Source of the DNA: Rhodopila sp.
Lineage (GTDB): Bacteria; Pseudomonadota; Alphaproteobacteria; Acetobacterales; Acetobacteraceae
Assembly: GCA_965200665.1 (NCBI GenBank)
Contig: OZ241370.1
Coordinates: 2,075,709 to 2,139,708 of the forward strand
Reading direction: 5' to 3'
Length of the DNA stretch: 64,000 bases
Below, piece by piece: positions 1-9,166 of the stretch. Under the pieces are notes generated by a model. It saw nothing but the letters and a program-made list of their open reading frames with translations. It was not told the origin of the DNA and made no database searches. Position numbers and translations under genes: made by a program. Numbering within the stretch: the first letter of the stretch is position 1; each line of letters starts with the position of its first letter.

Positions 1-975
1 CGCGAACGGTTCGCGGACCGGGTGATGCAGGCACCCCCCGCAAGCCTGGTGAACGACGCCGGCGACAATCTGGACCCGGACCGGATCTGGGCCACGCTGA
101 TGAAGAACGAAAAGCCGGGCGGCCATGGCGAACGCTCTGTGGCGGTCGGCACGATCGACATGGCGGTGTGGGACGCGGTGGCGAAGATCGCCGGCAAGCC
201 GTTGTTCCGGCTGCTGCCTGAACGCCATGGGCGCGAAGCCAACCCGCGCGTCTTCGTCTATGCCGCGGGTGGCTACTACTATCCTGGCAAAGGTGTCGAG
301 CAGCTGCGGGCAGAAATGCGCAGCTACCTTGATCGCGGCTATAGCGTTGTCAAGATGAAGATCGGCAACGGCATCGCGGAGGATCGGCCGCGCATCGAAG
401 GCGTCCTGGCCGAGCTGGACGGCCGGGCACAGCTTGCGGTGGACGCGAACGGCCGGCTGTCGCTGGAAGATGCCATCGCCTATGCTAGGATGCTGCGAGA
501 CTATCCGTTGTTCTGGTATGAAGAAGCCGGTGACCCCCTGGACTTCGCGCTGCAGGCGGCACTGGCTGAATTCTATCCCGGCGCCATGGCGACTGGGGAA
601 AATCTGTTCAGCCACCAGGATGCGAGGAACCTGCTGCGTTACGGCGGGATGCGGCCGGACCGTGACTGGCTGCAGTTCGACTGCGCCCTGTCCTATGGGC
701 TGTGCGAATATCAGCGCACGCTCGCCGTGCTGCAGGTCGCCGGCTGGTCGCCGTCGCGCTGCATCCCCCACGGAGGCCACCAGATGTCACTCAACATCGC
801 CGCGGGGCTGGGCCTGGGCGGCAACGAAAGCTATCCCGATCTCTTCCAGCCCTATGGTGGCTTCCCGGATGGCGTACGGGTCGAGGACAGCCATATCATC
901 ATGCCGGACCTGCCTGGCATCGGCTTCGAGGGCAAGTCGGACCTGATCAAGGTCATGCGTGAACTGGCGGAATGA
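1..975 (+). CDS. tarD: D-tartrate dehydratase (mandelate racemase/enolase superfamily), 5' end outside the window
   Basis: Frame open from base 1 (RERFADRVMQ...). Motifs NEKPGGHGERSVAVGTIDMAVWD, KMKIG, DANG, WYEE, ATGEN and PHGGH match my recollection of the Bradyrhizobium D-tartrate dehydratase. Confidence 0.8.
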   Translation, partial: RERFADRVMQAPPASLVNDAGDNLDPDRIWATLMKNEKPGGHGERSVAVGTIDMAVWDAVAKIAGKPLFRLLPERHGREANPRVFVYAAGGYYYPGKGVEQLRAEMRSYLDRGYSVVKMKIGNGIAEDRPRIEGVLAELDGRAQLAVDANGRLSLEDAIAYARMLRDYPLFWYEEAGDPLDFALQAALAEFYPGAMATGENLFSHQDARNLLRYGGMRPDRDWLQFDCALSYGLCEYQRTLAVLQVAGWSPSRCIPHGGHQMSLNIAAGLGLGGNESYPDLFQPYGGFPDGVRVEDSHIIMPDLPGIGFEGKSDLIKVMRELAE

Positions 976-997
976 TGCAGACGAGCGGGAACCCGCG

Positions 998-1459
998 CTA
1001 CAGCGGGATCGCCAGCAACGTATCGATCCGCTGGCTGTCGCAGACGACGATGCGTTCCGCGTAGCGCATCGCGCCGGCAGCATCTCGGGCAAGGTGGTCG
1101 AGATAAACCCCGGCGGCGAACAACGACATCTGCCCGTCCCGCATCGTCCGCACCACCAGAAATGATGTTTCTACCGCGACACGTCCGTCCGTGGTCGTGC
1201 CAATCAGCGGCATGCCCAGGATGTGGCGATAGCGCTGGCGCTCATAGATATTGGCTTCGCGCAGCGCCATGATCCGGTCCACCAGCATCGCACGCGAATC
1301 GGCGTAGATCAGGCCGGCCGCATACCCGTTCTCATGGTTGTCGGCAGTGGTGACCTTGTACAGGCAGTTTTCGAGGAAGTGCCCCGGCCAATCCTCCAGC
1401 CGACCGGAGTCCAGGGCGCGGGCACAACTGGCATTCAGCGCCGCGATTTCCATCAGCAT
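998..1459 (-). CDS. Aromatic ring-hydroxylating dioxygenase beta subunit (TphA3/AndAd/NagH-like)
   Basis: ALREANIYERQRYRH and C-terminal VCDS...DTLLAIPL; starts 3 bp after the stop codon of the alpha subunit. Confidence 0.9.
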   Translation of the reverse strand: MLMEIAALNASCARALDSGRLEDWPGHFLENCLYKVTTADNHENGYAAGLIYADSRAMLVDRIMALREANIYERQRYRHILGMPLIGTTTDGRVAVETSFLVVRTMRDGQMSLFAAGVYLDHLARDAAGAMRYAERIVVCDSQRIDTLLAIPL

Positions 1460-1462
1460 CGA

Positions 1463-2698
1463 TCAGACCCCCATCTGGGTGCGCCAGGCTTTCCAGAAAC
1501 CGCGCACCGAAGCCTCGGTCGCGCGTGTCTCTGCGCCATCGGCCGACGCGCCGCCCATCTCCACCACCGCGGCTTCGTCGCTTGCCGCACCGATGCCGCG
1601 TTGCACGAAACCGCCGACCGCGCCGTCCTCCATCGACACGAAGCCAGCCGGACCCGCAAGGTTTCCCTGTTTCACGCGCATCGTCCGCAGTTCCGGCGTA
1701 TCATCGGCAAACCCAAGATAGGTCCAGTGCAGATCCATGCTGTTAACGCCGCGTGGAACGATCTGGCGGACCGCCAGTGCATTGTGGATCTGCTGCAGGA
1801 TGAACCCGGGAAACACTGACAGGATCTGCAGGTTGATGTTGTCGTTGAATTCCGCGACCGCATTCATGAACGACGGATCCTGTAGCTTCAGGTCCTGGTT
1901 GTCGGCGCGCATCCCGGCATAGCTGTCGTCCGGCGCTTTCGCGGCGGCCAAGGTGGTGCTGGCATGGGCGACGCCATTCTCGCTGACCATGACCCCGCCG
2001 CCCTGGCTGAGCCGGGTGATGCGGAAGGTTGTGAAGAAGGTGTGCAGCAGGCTGGCGTGATAGGTGTCGCGCACGTTCTCCATGTACAGTTTCCAGTTGC
2101 ACGGCAGTTGCTGGGTGAACCGGCCGATGACTTCAACTTTCATGTGCAATACACGCCGCAACCGGACCAGGACTTCCGAACCTATGGTGGTTTCGATATC
2201 CGGCCCGTCCTGCGACAATGTCCCGAATATCAGGCCGGACAGCACGGCGACCCGCAGCTTGCGCGGGCCGTGGGCGGCCAAGTCGAAATCGTCTGACATC
2301 CCGCCCATGCCGTTGACCCCGCGCCGAAACGCGACAGAGGCGAGGTTGCCGCGCAAATCATAACGCCAGGCGTGGTAGACGCACTGAAAATCCTTCACCT
2401 TGCCGCCATCTTCCAGGCAGATCAGCGCCCCGCGATGGGCACACCGGTTCTCAAAAGCAACGATATTGCCATCCTCGGCCCGGGCAACAACGATCGGCAT
2501 CAGGCCCATCATCGTGGTGCGGTATGATCCGATTTCGGGTACCTCAACGTCCAGGCAGAGATAGTGCCAGGAATCACCTTCAAAAATTCGGATCTGCTCG
2601 TCACGCGCAGTGGCTGGGTCCTGGTAGACCCAATAGGGAACGCGGGTCAGCCCGGGCGGCCATGCGCCGCTCCCGAGATCACGCACTGCCTGGTCCAT
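1463..2698 (-). CDS. Rieske aromatic ring-hydroxylating dioxygenase alpha subunit, terephthalate-1,2-dioxygenase (TphA2)-like
   Basis: Rieske ligands NRCAHRG...CVYHAW; mononuclear Fe motif NWKLYMENVRDTYHASLLH...EDG; GGGGAGGG RBS before the ATG. Confidence 0.9.
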   Translation of the reverse strand: MDQAVRDLGSGAWPPGLTRVPYWVYQDPATARDEQIRIFEGDSWHYLCLDVEVPEIGSYRTTMMGLMPIVVARAEDGNIVAFENRCAHRGALICLEDGGKVKDFQCVYHAWRYDLRGNLASVAFRRGVNGMGGMSDDFDLAAHGPRKLRVAVLSGLIFGTLSQDGPDIETTIGSEVLVRLRRVLHMKVEVIGRFTQQLPCNWKLYMENVRDTYHASLLHTFFTTFRITRLSQGGGVMVSENGVAHASTTLAAAKAPDDSYAGMRADNQDLKLQDPSFMNAVAEFNDNINLQILSVFPGFILQQIHNALAVRQIVPRGVNSMDLHWTYLGFADDTPELRTMRVKQGNLAGPAGFVSMEDGAVGGFVQRGIGAASDEAAVVEMGGASADGAETRATEASVRGFWKAWRTQMGV

Positions 2699-2739
2699 GT
2701 CGCCCTCCCCAAAGGCTGTGTTGGCGGCAGGTTACCCGG

Positions 2740-5001
2740 TTACGCCGACATTCGGCAATGTCGTCCGGCGCTTTGCGCGCCGGATACGATCTGCGATTCA
2801 AGGAAAGTTTCCAGTGCTCGCAGGTACGATGCGTCATCGAATGCGCGATGCTTGCCGGTGGCGACCATTCCCCGGATCTCGGCACGCCAGGCTGGGTCGC
2901 GTGCCAGCCGGACTGCAATTGCCACGTAGTCATTAAGTGATTTTGCAATCGTCGCCGTGCAGCCGATGCGCCGAAGGATCGCTGCGGTGTGCCTGCCCCG
3001 CATAAACCGTCCCGGCCAGGTAACGATCGCCGGATCGCACATAAGGCAGTCCAGCGTCGATTTGCCGCCGGACCATCCGGGCGTATCCAGGATCACATCC
3101 GCCGTGGCGACCGCGCCCAAATAGTCGGACTGCGACAACGGCGGCAGCATCACCATGTAACGGGCGGCATCCATGCCGGCGGCCGAAAACGCACCTGCCA
3201 GGCGGCGGTGGAACGCGTTCGTCACCGCTTCACTGCGGGCAAATCCGATGAACACGAACTGGCAGTGCCCAAGTTGCGTGGCAATACGCGGGAATATCGC
3301 GTCGTACTGCGGAAGATACTTGTACAGCGCCTGTCCGGACCAGAACACCGTTGCGGCCGGGTCCAGCCCCAGCGCGGCCCGATCCAGCGGCGATGGCGCG
3401 ATCGTATCCGGCCTGTAGCATGATCCCAGGTCCGGCAGCCGGACCAGCGGTTCAGCGTAATGCGAGTCCGCCCCAGGCGGCTCCATCATCGCACTCGACA
3501 GGAAAGCATCGATCGTCGGCAGGCCGGTGGTTTCAGGCTGGCCCCAGGTTACACACTGCATGGGCGCGAGGCGCTGTGCCGCCAGCCACCCCGCGATCGG
3601 ATCCATGCCGACTTCCGGATACAGCAGCACGTGCGGCATGGCGTCCCCAATTGCCTCGCGCCAGGACGCGTTGGTTGGAAGACCCTGCACGAACCGGTCG
3701 CACGCCGCGGCACAGCGCGCCGTGATGGCGTCGCTGGTCCGGCCGGTATGGAAACCGATGACCTCGAACCGCGTCCGGTCAAGCCGGGCCAACCATCCCT
3801 CCAGGAACAGCTTGAACAAGGTGTGGTCACAGAAAAAGCCACTGACGATGCCCAGGCGAATGCGCTCGCCATGTGCCGGTGGGGCTGCCAGGGGGCGGGC
3901 CGGCACCGCCAGCGCCCGGCACGCCAACCGGCCGTAGACGGCCTGCAGTGACCGGTCGTTCTGGCCTTGGTAGGGCAGGAAGAACGGCTGGGAACTGCCG
4001 ATGGCATCGCCTACCTCAGCCGCCTCCAGCGCCAGCAGGGCGTCGGCATAGCGCTGCCGACGAAGCGGAATTTCATCCTCCGAACCATACAGGATGGGCA
4101 ATTGCGCCATGCACGCAGCCAGCCGCGCCCTACCGAAGCTCGGATCGACGGCGACGGCGGCTTGATGACAGGCGACCGCAGCATCGGTGAAGCCGTCGCC
4201 GGACAGCGAGCATCCCAGGTTGTAATGCGCGTCGGCACGAGCCGGATCGAGCAGAAGCGCCTGGCGAAAACACGCCTCACTGTCCGGACGGCAAAGCTCC
4301 CGTCGCACCACCCCGAGGTTGTTCCAGTTAGCCGCCTGCGCCGGCAGCAAGCGGGTTGCCGCTTCAAGCTGCGCCTCCGCCTCCGCCCATCGTCCATAGG
4401 TCATCAGCCAGCAGCCGTAGTTGCCATGCGCCGGCGCGAAATCGGGCCGCAGCCGGATCGCGGTCTCATAGCACCCGCCTGCCCCGTCTGGCCCGCCTGC
4501 TCCATTTGGCCCGCCTGCTCCATTTGGCCCGTCTGCTCCATTTGGCCTGGTCTTCGCCAGCGCGTTTGCCAAGTTGTACCAGATATCGGCAATATTCGGC
4601 GAGGCGGCTGCGGCTGCGCGGTAGTGCCGGATGGCCTCTTGCCATTGACCCAGGTCGCATAACGCAGTCCCCAGGTTGTTAAGAACCTCCGCCGAACCGG
4701 GTTGCAGCGCCATGGCGTCGCGATAGGACCTCGCGGCGTCATCCAGTTTCCCAAGGCGACGATAGGCATAACCGAGGCTGTTATGGTGTGAGGCGCAAAT
4801 AGGGGAGAGCGACATGGCCTGGCGGATCAGCGCGATCCCGGTGGCCGGGTCGCCGGTCTCCGCCGTGATCAGGCCGAGCAGATGCAGGGCGTCGGCATGA
4901 TGGGGGTTGGCAAGAAGGATGCCGCGAGATCGGGCCGCGGCGTCATCGAGCCGTCCGGCCTCATGCAGCGCGACAGCCTCCGCGAATTCCGTGTCGCTCA
5001 T
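2740..5001 (-). CDS. TPR-repeat protein with C-terminal GT41 (O-GlcNAc transferase/SPINDLY-like) glycosyltransferase domain
   Basis: About 8 TPR-like units (HADALHLLG, AEVLNNLG, ADAHYNLG), then RIRLGIVSGFFCDH, RLAPMQCVTWGQPETTGLPTIDAFLS and DVILDTPGWSGG. Start placed at ATG 5001 because it overlaps the upstream stop (ATGA). Confidence 0.85.
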   Translation of the reverse strand: MSDTEFAEAVALHEAGRLDDAAARSRGILLANPHHADALHLLGLITAETGDPATGIALIRQAMSLSPICASHHNSLGYAYRRLGKLDDAARSYRDAMALQPGSAEVLNNLGTALCDLGQWQEAIRHYRAAAAASPNIADIWYNLANALAKTRPNGADGPNGAGGPNGAGGPDGAGGCYETAIRLRPDFAPAHGNYGCWLMTYGRWAEAEAQLEAATRLLPAQAANWNNLGVVRRELCRPDSEACFRQALLLDPARADAHYNLGCSLSGDGFTDAAVACHQAAVAVDPSFGRARLAACMAQLPILYGSEDEIPLRRQRYADALLALEAAEVGDAIGSSQPFFLPYQGQNDRSLQAVYGRLACRALAVPARPLAAPPAHGERIRLGIVSGFFCDHTLFKLFLEGWLARLDRTRFEVIGFHTGRTSDAITARCAAACDRFVQGLPTNASWREAIGDAMPHVLLYPEVGMDPIAGWLAAQRLAPMQCVTWGQPETTGLPTIDAFLSSAMMEPPGADSHYAEPLVRLPDLGSCYRPDTIAPSPLDRAALGLDPAATVFWSGQALYKYLPQYDAIFPRIATQLGHCQFVFIGFARSEAVTNAFHRRLAGAFSAAGMDAARYMVMLPPLSQSDYLGAVATADVILDTPGWSGGKSTLDCLMCDPAIVTWPGRFMRGRHTAAILRRIGCTATIAKSLNDYVAIAVRLARDPAWRAEIRGMVATGKHRAFDDASYLRALETFLESQIVSGAQSAGRHCRMSA
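4472..4547. repeat. In-frame 18-bp tandem repeat, about 4 copies (GGCCCGCCTGCTCCATTT)
   Basis: Read directly; encodes a PNGADGPNGAGGPNGAGGPDGAGG insert between TPR units. Confidence 0.95.
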
Positions 5002-6034
5002 GCCGTGCAGGTGGCGCGGCGCGCCAGCATCCGCGAGGCTGCCGCCAAGGCAGCGGCGATCGCCGGACGGCGATAATCCCACATCGGATCGGCATCGGGC
5101 GGGTTGATCACCATGGTGGCGTTCGCCTCGAACACCAGCAGCGAGCCGTCCTGAGCCAGGCCAAAGTCAATGCCGGCGTAGTCGAGGCCAAGCATGGCCT
5201 GGATGCGGGCCAGGGCGGCGATGGCGACCGGGCCCAGGGTTGCGGCCATGTCATCAAGAGCTCAGCCAACGGCATTGTGCGCGGCGTTACCACACCGGGA
5301 AGCCCGGCCAACCGGCGGGCGATACTTTGCCGACCGGTGGCGCGGATCCGATCCGGGTGATTGATCACCGGCGCCGACACGCGCGCCACGATCTGTGCAG
5401 CGCCGGCCAGTGCGCCGCGGCACAAATCGGCGTCGCCGATCGCGTTGACAATGAGGCTATGCGGCGGCAGCGGATCGGCAGGGTCGAAGAAATCGGCATA
5501 GATCGCAGTCACGGCGAAGACGCGGTCGTCGATCCAATGTCTGGTCGGCACGTTGCCGCCGATGGCTGAAACCAGCAGCAGCAGTGGCACGCCGTCACCG
5601 CGCCCCCGATAACGCTGGCGCACGACGGCATGACCAACAAACCCCTTCCGCCAGTGCTCACCCGCGTCCTGTCCCAACGCGTGCCGCGCTCGGGCAAGCC
5701 CTTGATGGGCGCGCGGCATCTCCGGGTCAGCCACCAGCGCCGCGCTGTATTGCACGCAAGCGGCGGCGGCATCGCCTGCCTCGTGCAGCAGATCGCCGTA
5801 GCCCACGCGGCCGATCGGGTCGCCGGGGTGGCAGTGCACCACTTGGTGGAATGCTGCCCGCGCAGCGGATATGAAGCCGCCGGCGTGGGCCAGGGCGCCC
5901 AACTCCGTCAGCGCGAGCCTGTGTTGCGGGTCGACCCGCAACGCCTCGAAGTAGGCCAGGCGTGCCGCCGCGTCCTCCCCCTCGGCCGCCAGCCAGCGAG
6001 CGCGGGAAAGCGCGGCGTCGATCATCTCAGGCAT
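4998..6034 (-). pseudogene. TPR + ATP-grasp-like protein, frameshifted near 5256-5262 with a probable internal deletion
   Basis: The N-terminal frame (TPRs, VINHPDRIRATGR...TPRT) runs into nonsense. The C-terminal ATP-grasp tail LDDMAATLG...LGLDYAGIDF...LLVFEANATM lies in another frame (ORF 4998-5249). Confidence 0.7.
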
Positions 6035-6224
6035 CGCCGGGGACCGCGGTTGGGCGCGGCGTCCGACAAGCGCAGCAAGGCGCCTGGCTTACACCCCAAA
6101 CGCGGAGCGGCATGATCCCATCCATCCTGACCACGAACCGTCCGAGCCGGGGTGACGATTCCCGCGATGTTCACGCCGGGCCTCCAGTCGATCGCACAAA
6201 AACGGCTACATCCTGACCGGTAAA

Positions 6225-6243
6225 GGTTAATCAATACTTAACC
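6225..6243. promoter_or_regulatory. Perfect CtrA-type box GGTTAA-N7-TTAACC
   Basis: GGTTAATCAATACTTAACC; TTAA-N7-TTAA is the established CtrA consensus. Lies about 190 bp upstream of the 6034 start. Confidence 0.6.
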
Positions 6244-6271
6244 AGCCAAGACGGTGGCGATGGGGTGGAAG

Positions 6272-6817
6272 CTAAGGGCGCGCCCGCAGCCGGTCCAACA
6301 CCGCCGCGACAAGCTCGTTGACCGGGGCGCGGGAATTTAGCCGCAACACCGGTGCCGGCTGGTCCGCCAACCAGGCTTCATGTGTCACCAGACCACGGCG
6401 TAGCGACCCGGCCGTGTCATATGCGGTCGCCCAGGTGATGAAGGAGGCGTTGATCGACGCCATATCGCCGCCTGGCTGGATGCGGCTGCCCCACCGCGCG
6501 GCTTCCCGCTGACGCAATCGGGCCATGCGGATGACCGGGTCGAGGTGCAGGAACACCACCAGGTCATAGAATGGCTCCAGCGCAGCCGCCCATTTGGTGG
6601 CCGCACCCGAAAACACCCAATGACCCGAAATCGGCAACCGCTGCTTCAGCAATGACTGGCGGTCCTCGGCTGACCGCGGCGTCGTGTAGGGAGGGTTGGT
6701 CGGCAACCAGTAGAAACTGTCGGAATCAGCGTGCGCCACGCTGAGCCGCTGGGCCAGCGCCAAACCCAGGGTAGACGTGCCGGAGCCGGATGCCCCGAGG
6801 ATGTGAATCCGCGCCAT
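6272..6817 (-). CDS. P-loop kinase (adenylate kinase/topology-modulation-like)
   Basis: RIHILGASGSGTSTLG Walker A variant, DSDSFYW, WVFSG. Start moved to the ATG just before the P-loop. Confidence 0.75.
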   Translation of the reverse strand: MARIHILGASGSGTSTLGLALAQRLSVAHADSDSFYWLPTNPPYTTPRSAEDRQSLLKQRLPISGHWVFSGAATKWAAALEPFYDLVVFLHLDPVIRMARLRQREAARWGSRIQPGGDMASINASFITWATAYDTAGSLRRGLVTHEAWLADQPAPVLRLNSRAPVNELVAAVLDRLRARP

Positions 6818-6989
6818 AAGCCGCGCGTTATACGCATCCGGTCGAAATTCGATACCCCGTCGCCCGGTTAACCCAGGCCGCCACGCAGGGGCAGATGCGA
6901 CTGGCCCGGATCCTTCGCCGTTCGTCTCACCCGCTGCAGCGCAAGGCGCAGCCTGCTTCATCACGGCACCGGCAATCCGACCGATGGCG

Positions 6990-7622
6990 TCAGTTCCACA
7001 GGCCGTCCGCCTTGCCCTTCAGGCTGCTGCTCAAGGCGGCCGGACCGCCCTGACGGATCTGTCGCCGGAAATCCGAGCGCTGAACTGCCACGCGGCTGAT
7101 CGCGCCGTCGGCCAGCACGTCCACAATGCGCCAACCAGCCGGGGTCTTGCGCATGACGTAACTTAACACATGCCCATCGCCCGCGGTGGGAATGATCCTG
7201 GTCTCGACCACTTCCTCGTTGCCGACGCTGCGGGTTTCAGGATTGATAACGAAGCGCTGGCCGTTGAAGCCGTTGAAACTGGAGACGTAGGACGAAACGG
7301 TGTATCGCCGGAATGCGTCCAGGAGCGCCTGTTGCTGATCCGGTGGGGTGGTGCTCCATGTCGCCGGTCCGACCGATTCACTCAGGATTGCCGCCAGGTC
7401 GAATGTCTCGTCGATCACCGGCGCCAGAACGTCATAACGGCTGGCGAATGGTGTGCCGGCGCTTCCGGCCTTCATGATCTGCAGCAGGCCGGCGATCAAT
7501 TGATGAGCGGGAACCAGCACCGGATCGTCGGCCGCCGCGGGCCGCGCGATGGCGATTACGCCAAGCGTGGCGCCACCGAGTATCAGCAGGCCGCGCCTGC
7601 GCATGACCAATGTTGTCATCAT
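6990..7622 (-). CDS. MlaC/Ttg2D/HpnM-family periplasmic lipid-binding protein
   Basis: Tat-like signal MRRRGLLILGG...A-A-A; C-terminal WRIVDVLADGAISRVAVQRSDFR. Exact start uncertain. Confidence 0.8.
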   Translation of the reverse strand: MMTTLVMRRRGLLILGGATLGVIAIARPAAADDPVLVPAHQLIAGLLQIMKAGSAGTPFASRYDVLAPVIDETFDLAAILSESVGPATWSTTPPDQQQALLDAFRRYTVSSYVSSFNGFNGQRFVINPETRSVGNEEVVETRIIPTAGDGHVLSYVMRKTPAGWRIVDVLADGAISRVAVQRSDFRRQIRQGGPAALSSSLKGKADGLWN

Positions 7623-7905
7623 GACGTCACCGACATCCTCATAAAATATATGCTCACGCTTTTCCCTACGCCCAACCCAATCCAAGCCAAGGCAACGGAC
7701 GATGCCGATTGGGTCATTTTGCTCGACCGCGGCGAGTGGGCAAGGCCTGCGTCAGCCTAAACTTTGTACCAGGCATCGAAGGTGCGTTCCTGCCGCCGGT
7801 CAGGAACCGGCAACCCTTGGGCATCAGAGCCAAACTCATACTAATCGGCGTTGCTACCTGAGCGCGTCTGAACCACACTGCGGCAAAAATACGGGGGGAA
7901 AATAA

Positions 7906-9099
7906 ATGGTCAGCTACAGGATGGGGCTTGGCGTCTTCGCGCTCGCGCTGGGTGTGTCGACCTTGTCAGCCGGGGCGGCAACGCCAGGTGTGACCGACAC
8001 GGAGATCAAGGTCGGCCAGAACGCCGCGTTCAGTGGACCCGCCAGCGTTTACGGCCAGATTTCGACCGCGGAGTCGCACTACTTCCAGATGATCAATGAC
8101 CAGGGCGGCATCAATGGCCGCAAGATCAGGCTGATCGCGCTCGATGATGCCTACAGCCCGCCCAAGGCGGTTGAGGTCATCCGCCGCCTGGTGGAGGACG
8201 AACAGGTGGCGATCCTGTTCCAGACGTTGGGCACGGCATCGAATATGGCGATACGCAAATACGTCAACCAGAAGAAGGTGCCGGATATCTGGATCGGCAC
8301 GGGGGCATCGGTATTTTCCGCCAGCTCGAAAGACTATCCGTGGACAATCCAGTTCCAACCGAGCTATCGGGTCGAAGGGCAGATGTATGCAAAGTATATT
8401 TTGCAGACCAGGCCAAGCGCGAAGATCGGTATTATCTACCAGAATGACGACCTTGGGCGCGACTATATTGCCGGTCTGAAGGACGGGCTTGGCGACAAGT
8501 TCGACAAGATGGTCGTCAAGAACATTTCCTACGAAATCACCGATCCCACCATCGATTCACAGATCCTGGACCTGAAAGGGTCCGGCGCGGACGTGGTGTA
8601 TGACGCCAGCACGCCAAAGTTCGCCGCCATGGCAATCCGCAAGATCGCCGATATCGACTGGCATCCCCTGCATATCATCGACTCCAATGGCGCGCTGGTG
8701 CGTCCGGCGCTGGAATCGGCGGGTTTCGACAAATCGGTGGGCGTGATCACGGCACAATACCTGAAGGACCCAACCGATCCGGGCTGGGCGGACGATCCTG
8801 GAATGAAGGAGTTCCTTGCCTGGAAGACGAAGTATGCGCCTGAAGCGGATATCGCCAATCCAGTCTGGTACTACGGCTACACCATGGCGCAGGCTTTGGT
8901 GGTGGTGCTGCAGCAGGCCGGCAACGACCTCTCCCGGGAGAACATCATGCGCGCTGCCACGCATTTGCCGGACACGACGACGTTGCCGCTGGTGCTGCCG
9001 GGTATCAAGATCAGCACCTCGCCAACCGACTACCAGGCGATGAAGGGCATGCGGTTGGTGCAGTTCGACGGCAAGATGTTCAAGCTGCTGCCCGAATAG
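7906..9099 (+). CDS. Branched-chain amino acid-type ABC substrate-binding protein
   Basis: Signal peptide, PGVTDTEIKVG, GGINGRKI, DDAYSPPK, LSRENIM. Confidence 0.9.
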   Translation: MVSYRMGLGVFALALGVSTLSAGAATPGVTDTEIKVGQNAAFSGPASVYGQISTAESHYFQMINDQGGINGRKIRLIALDDAYSPPKAVEVIRRLVEDEQVAILFQTLGTASNMAIRKYVNQKKVPDIWIGTGASVFSASSKDYPWTIQFQPSYRVEGQMYAKYILQTRPSAKIGIIYQNDDLGRDYIAGLKDGLGDKFDKMVVKNISYEITDPTIDSQILDLKGSGADVVYDASTPKFAAMAIRKIADIDWHPLHIIDSNGALVRPALESAGFDKSVGVITAQYLKDPTDPGWADDPGMKEFLAWKTKYAPEADIANPVWYYGYTMAQALVVVLQQAGNDLSRENIMRAATHLPDTTTLPLVLPGIKISTSPTDYQAMKGMRLVQFDGKMFKLLPE

Positions 9100-9166
9100 C
9101 CGTGGTCGTGCGGCTGGGCGACCTCGCTGAAAACCGGATACCCTTGCCGGGGGAGGCAACAAGAAC

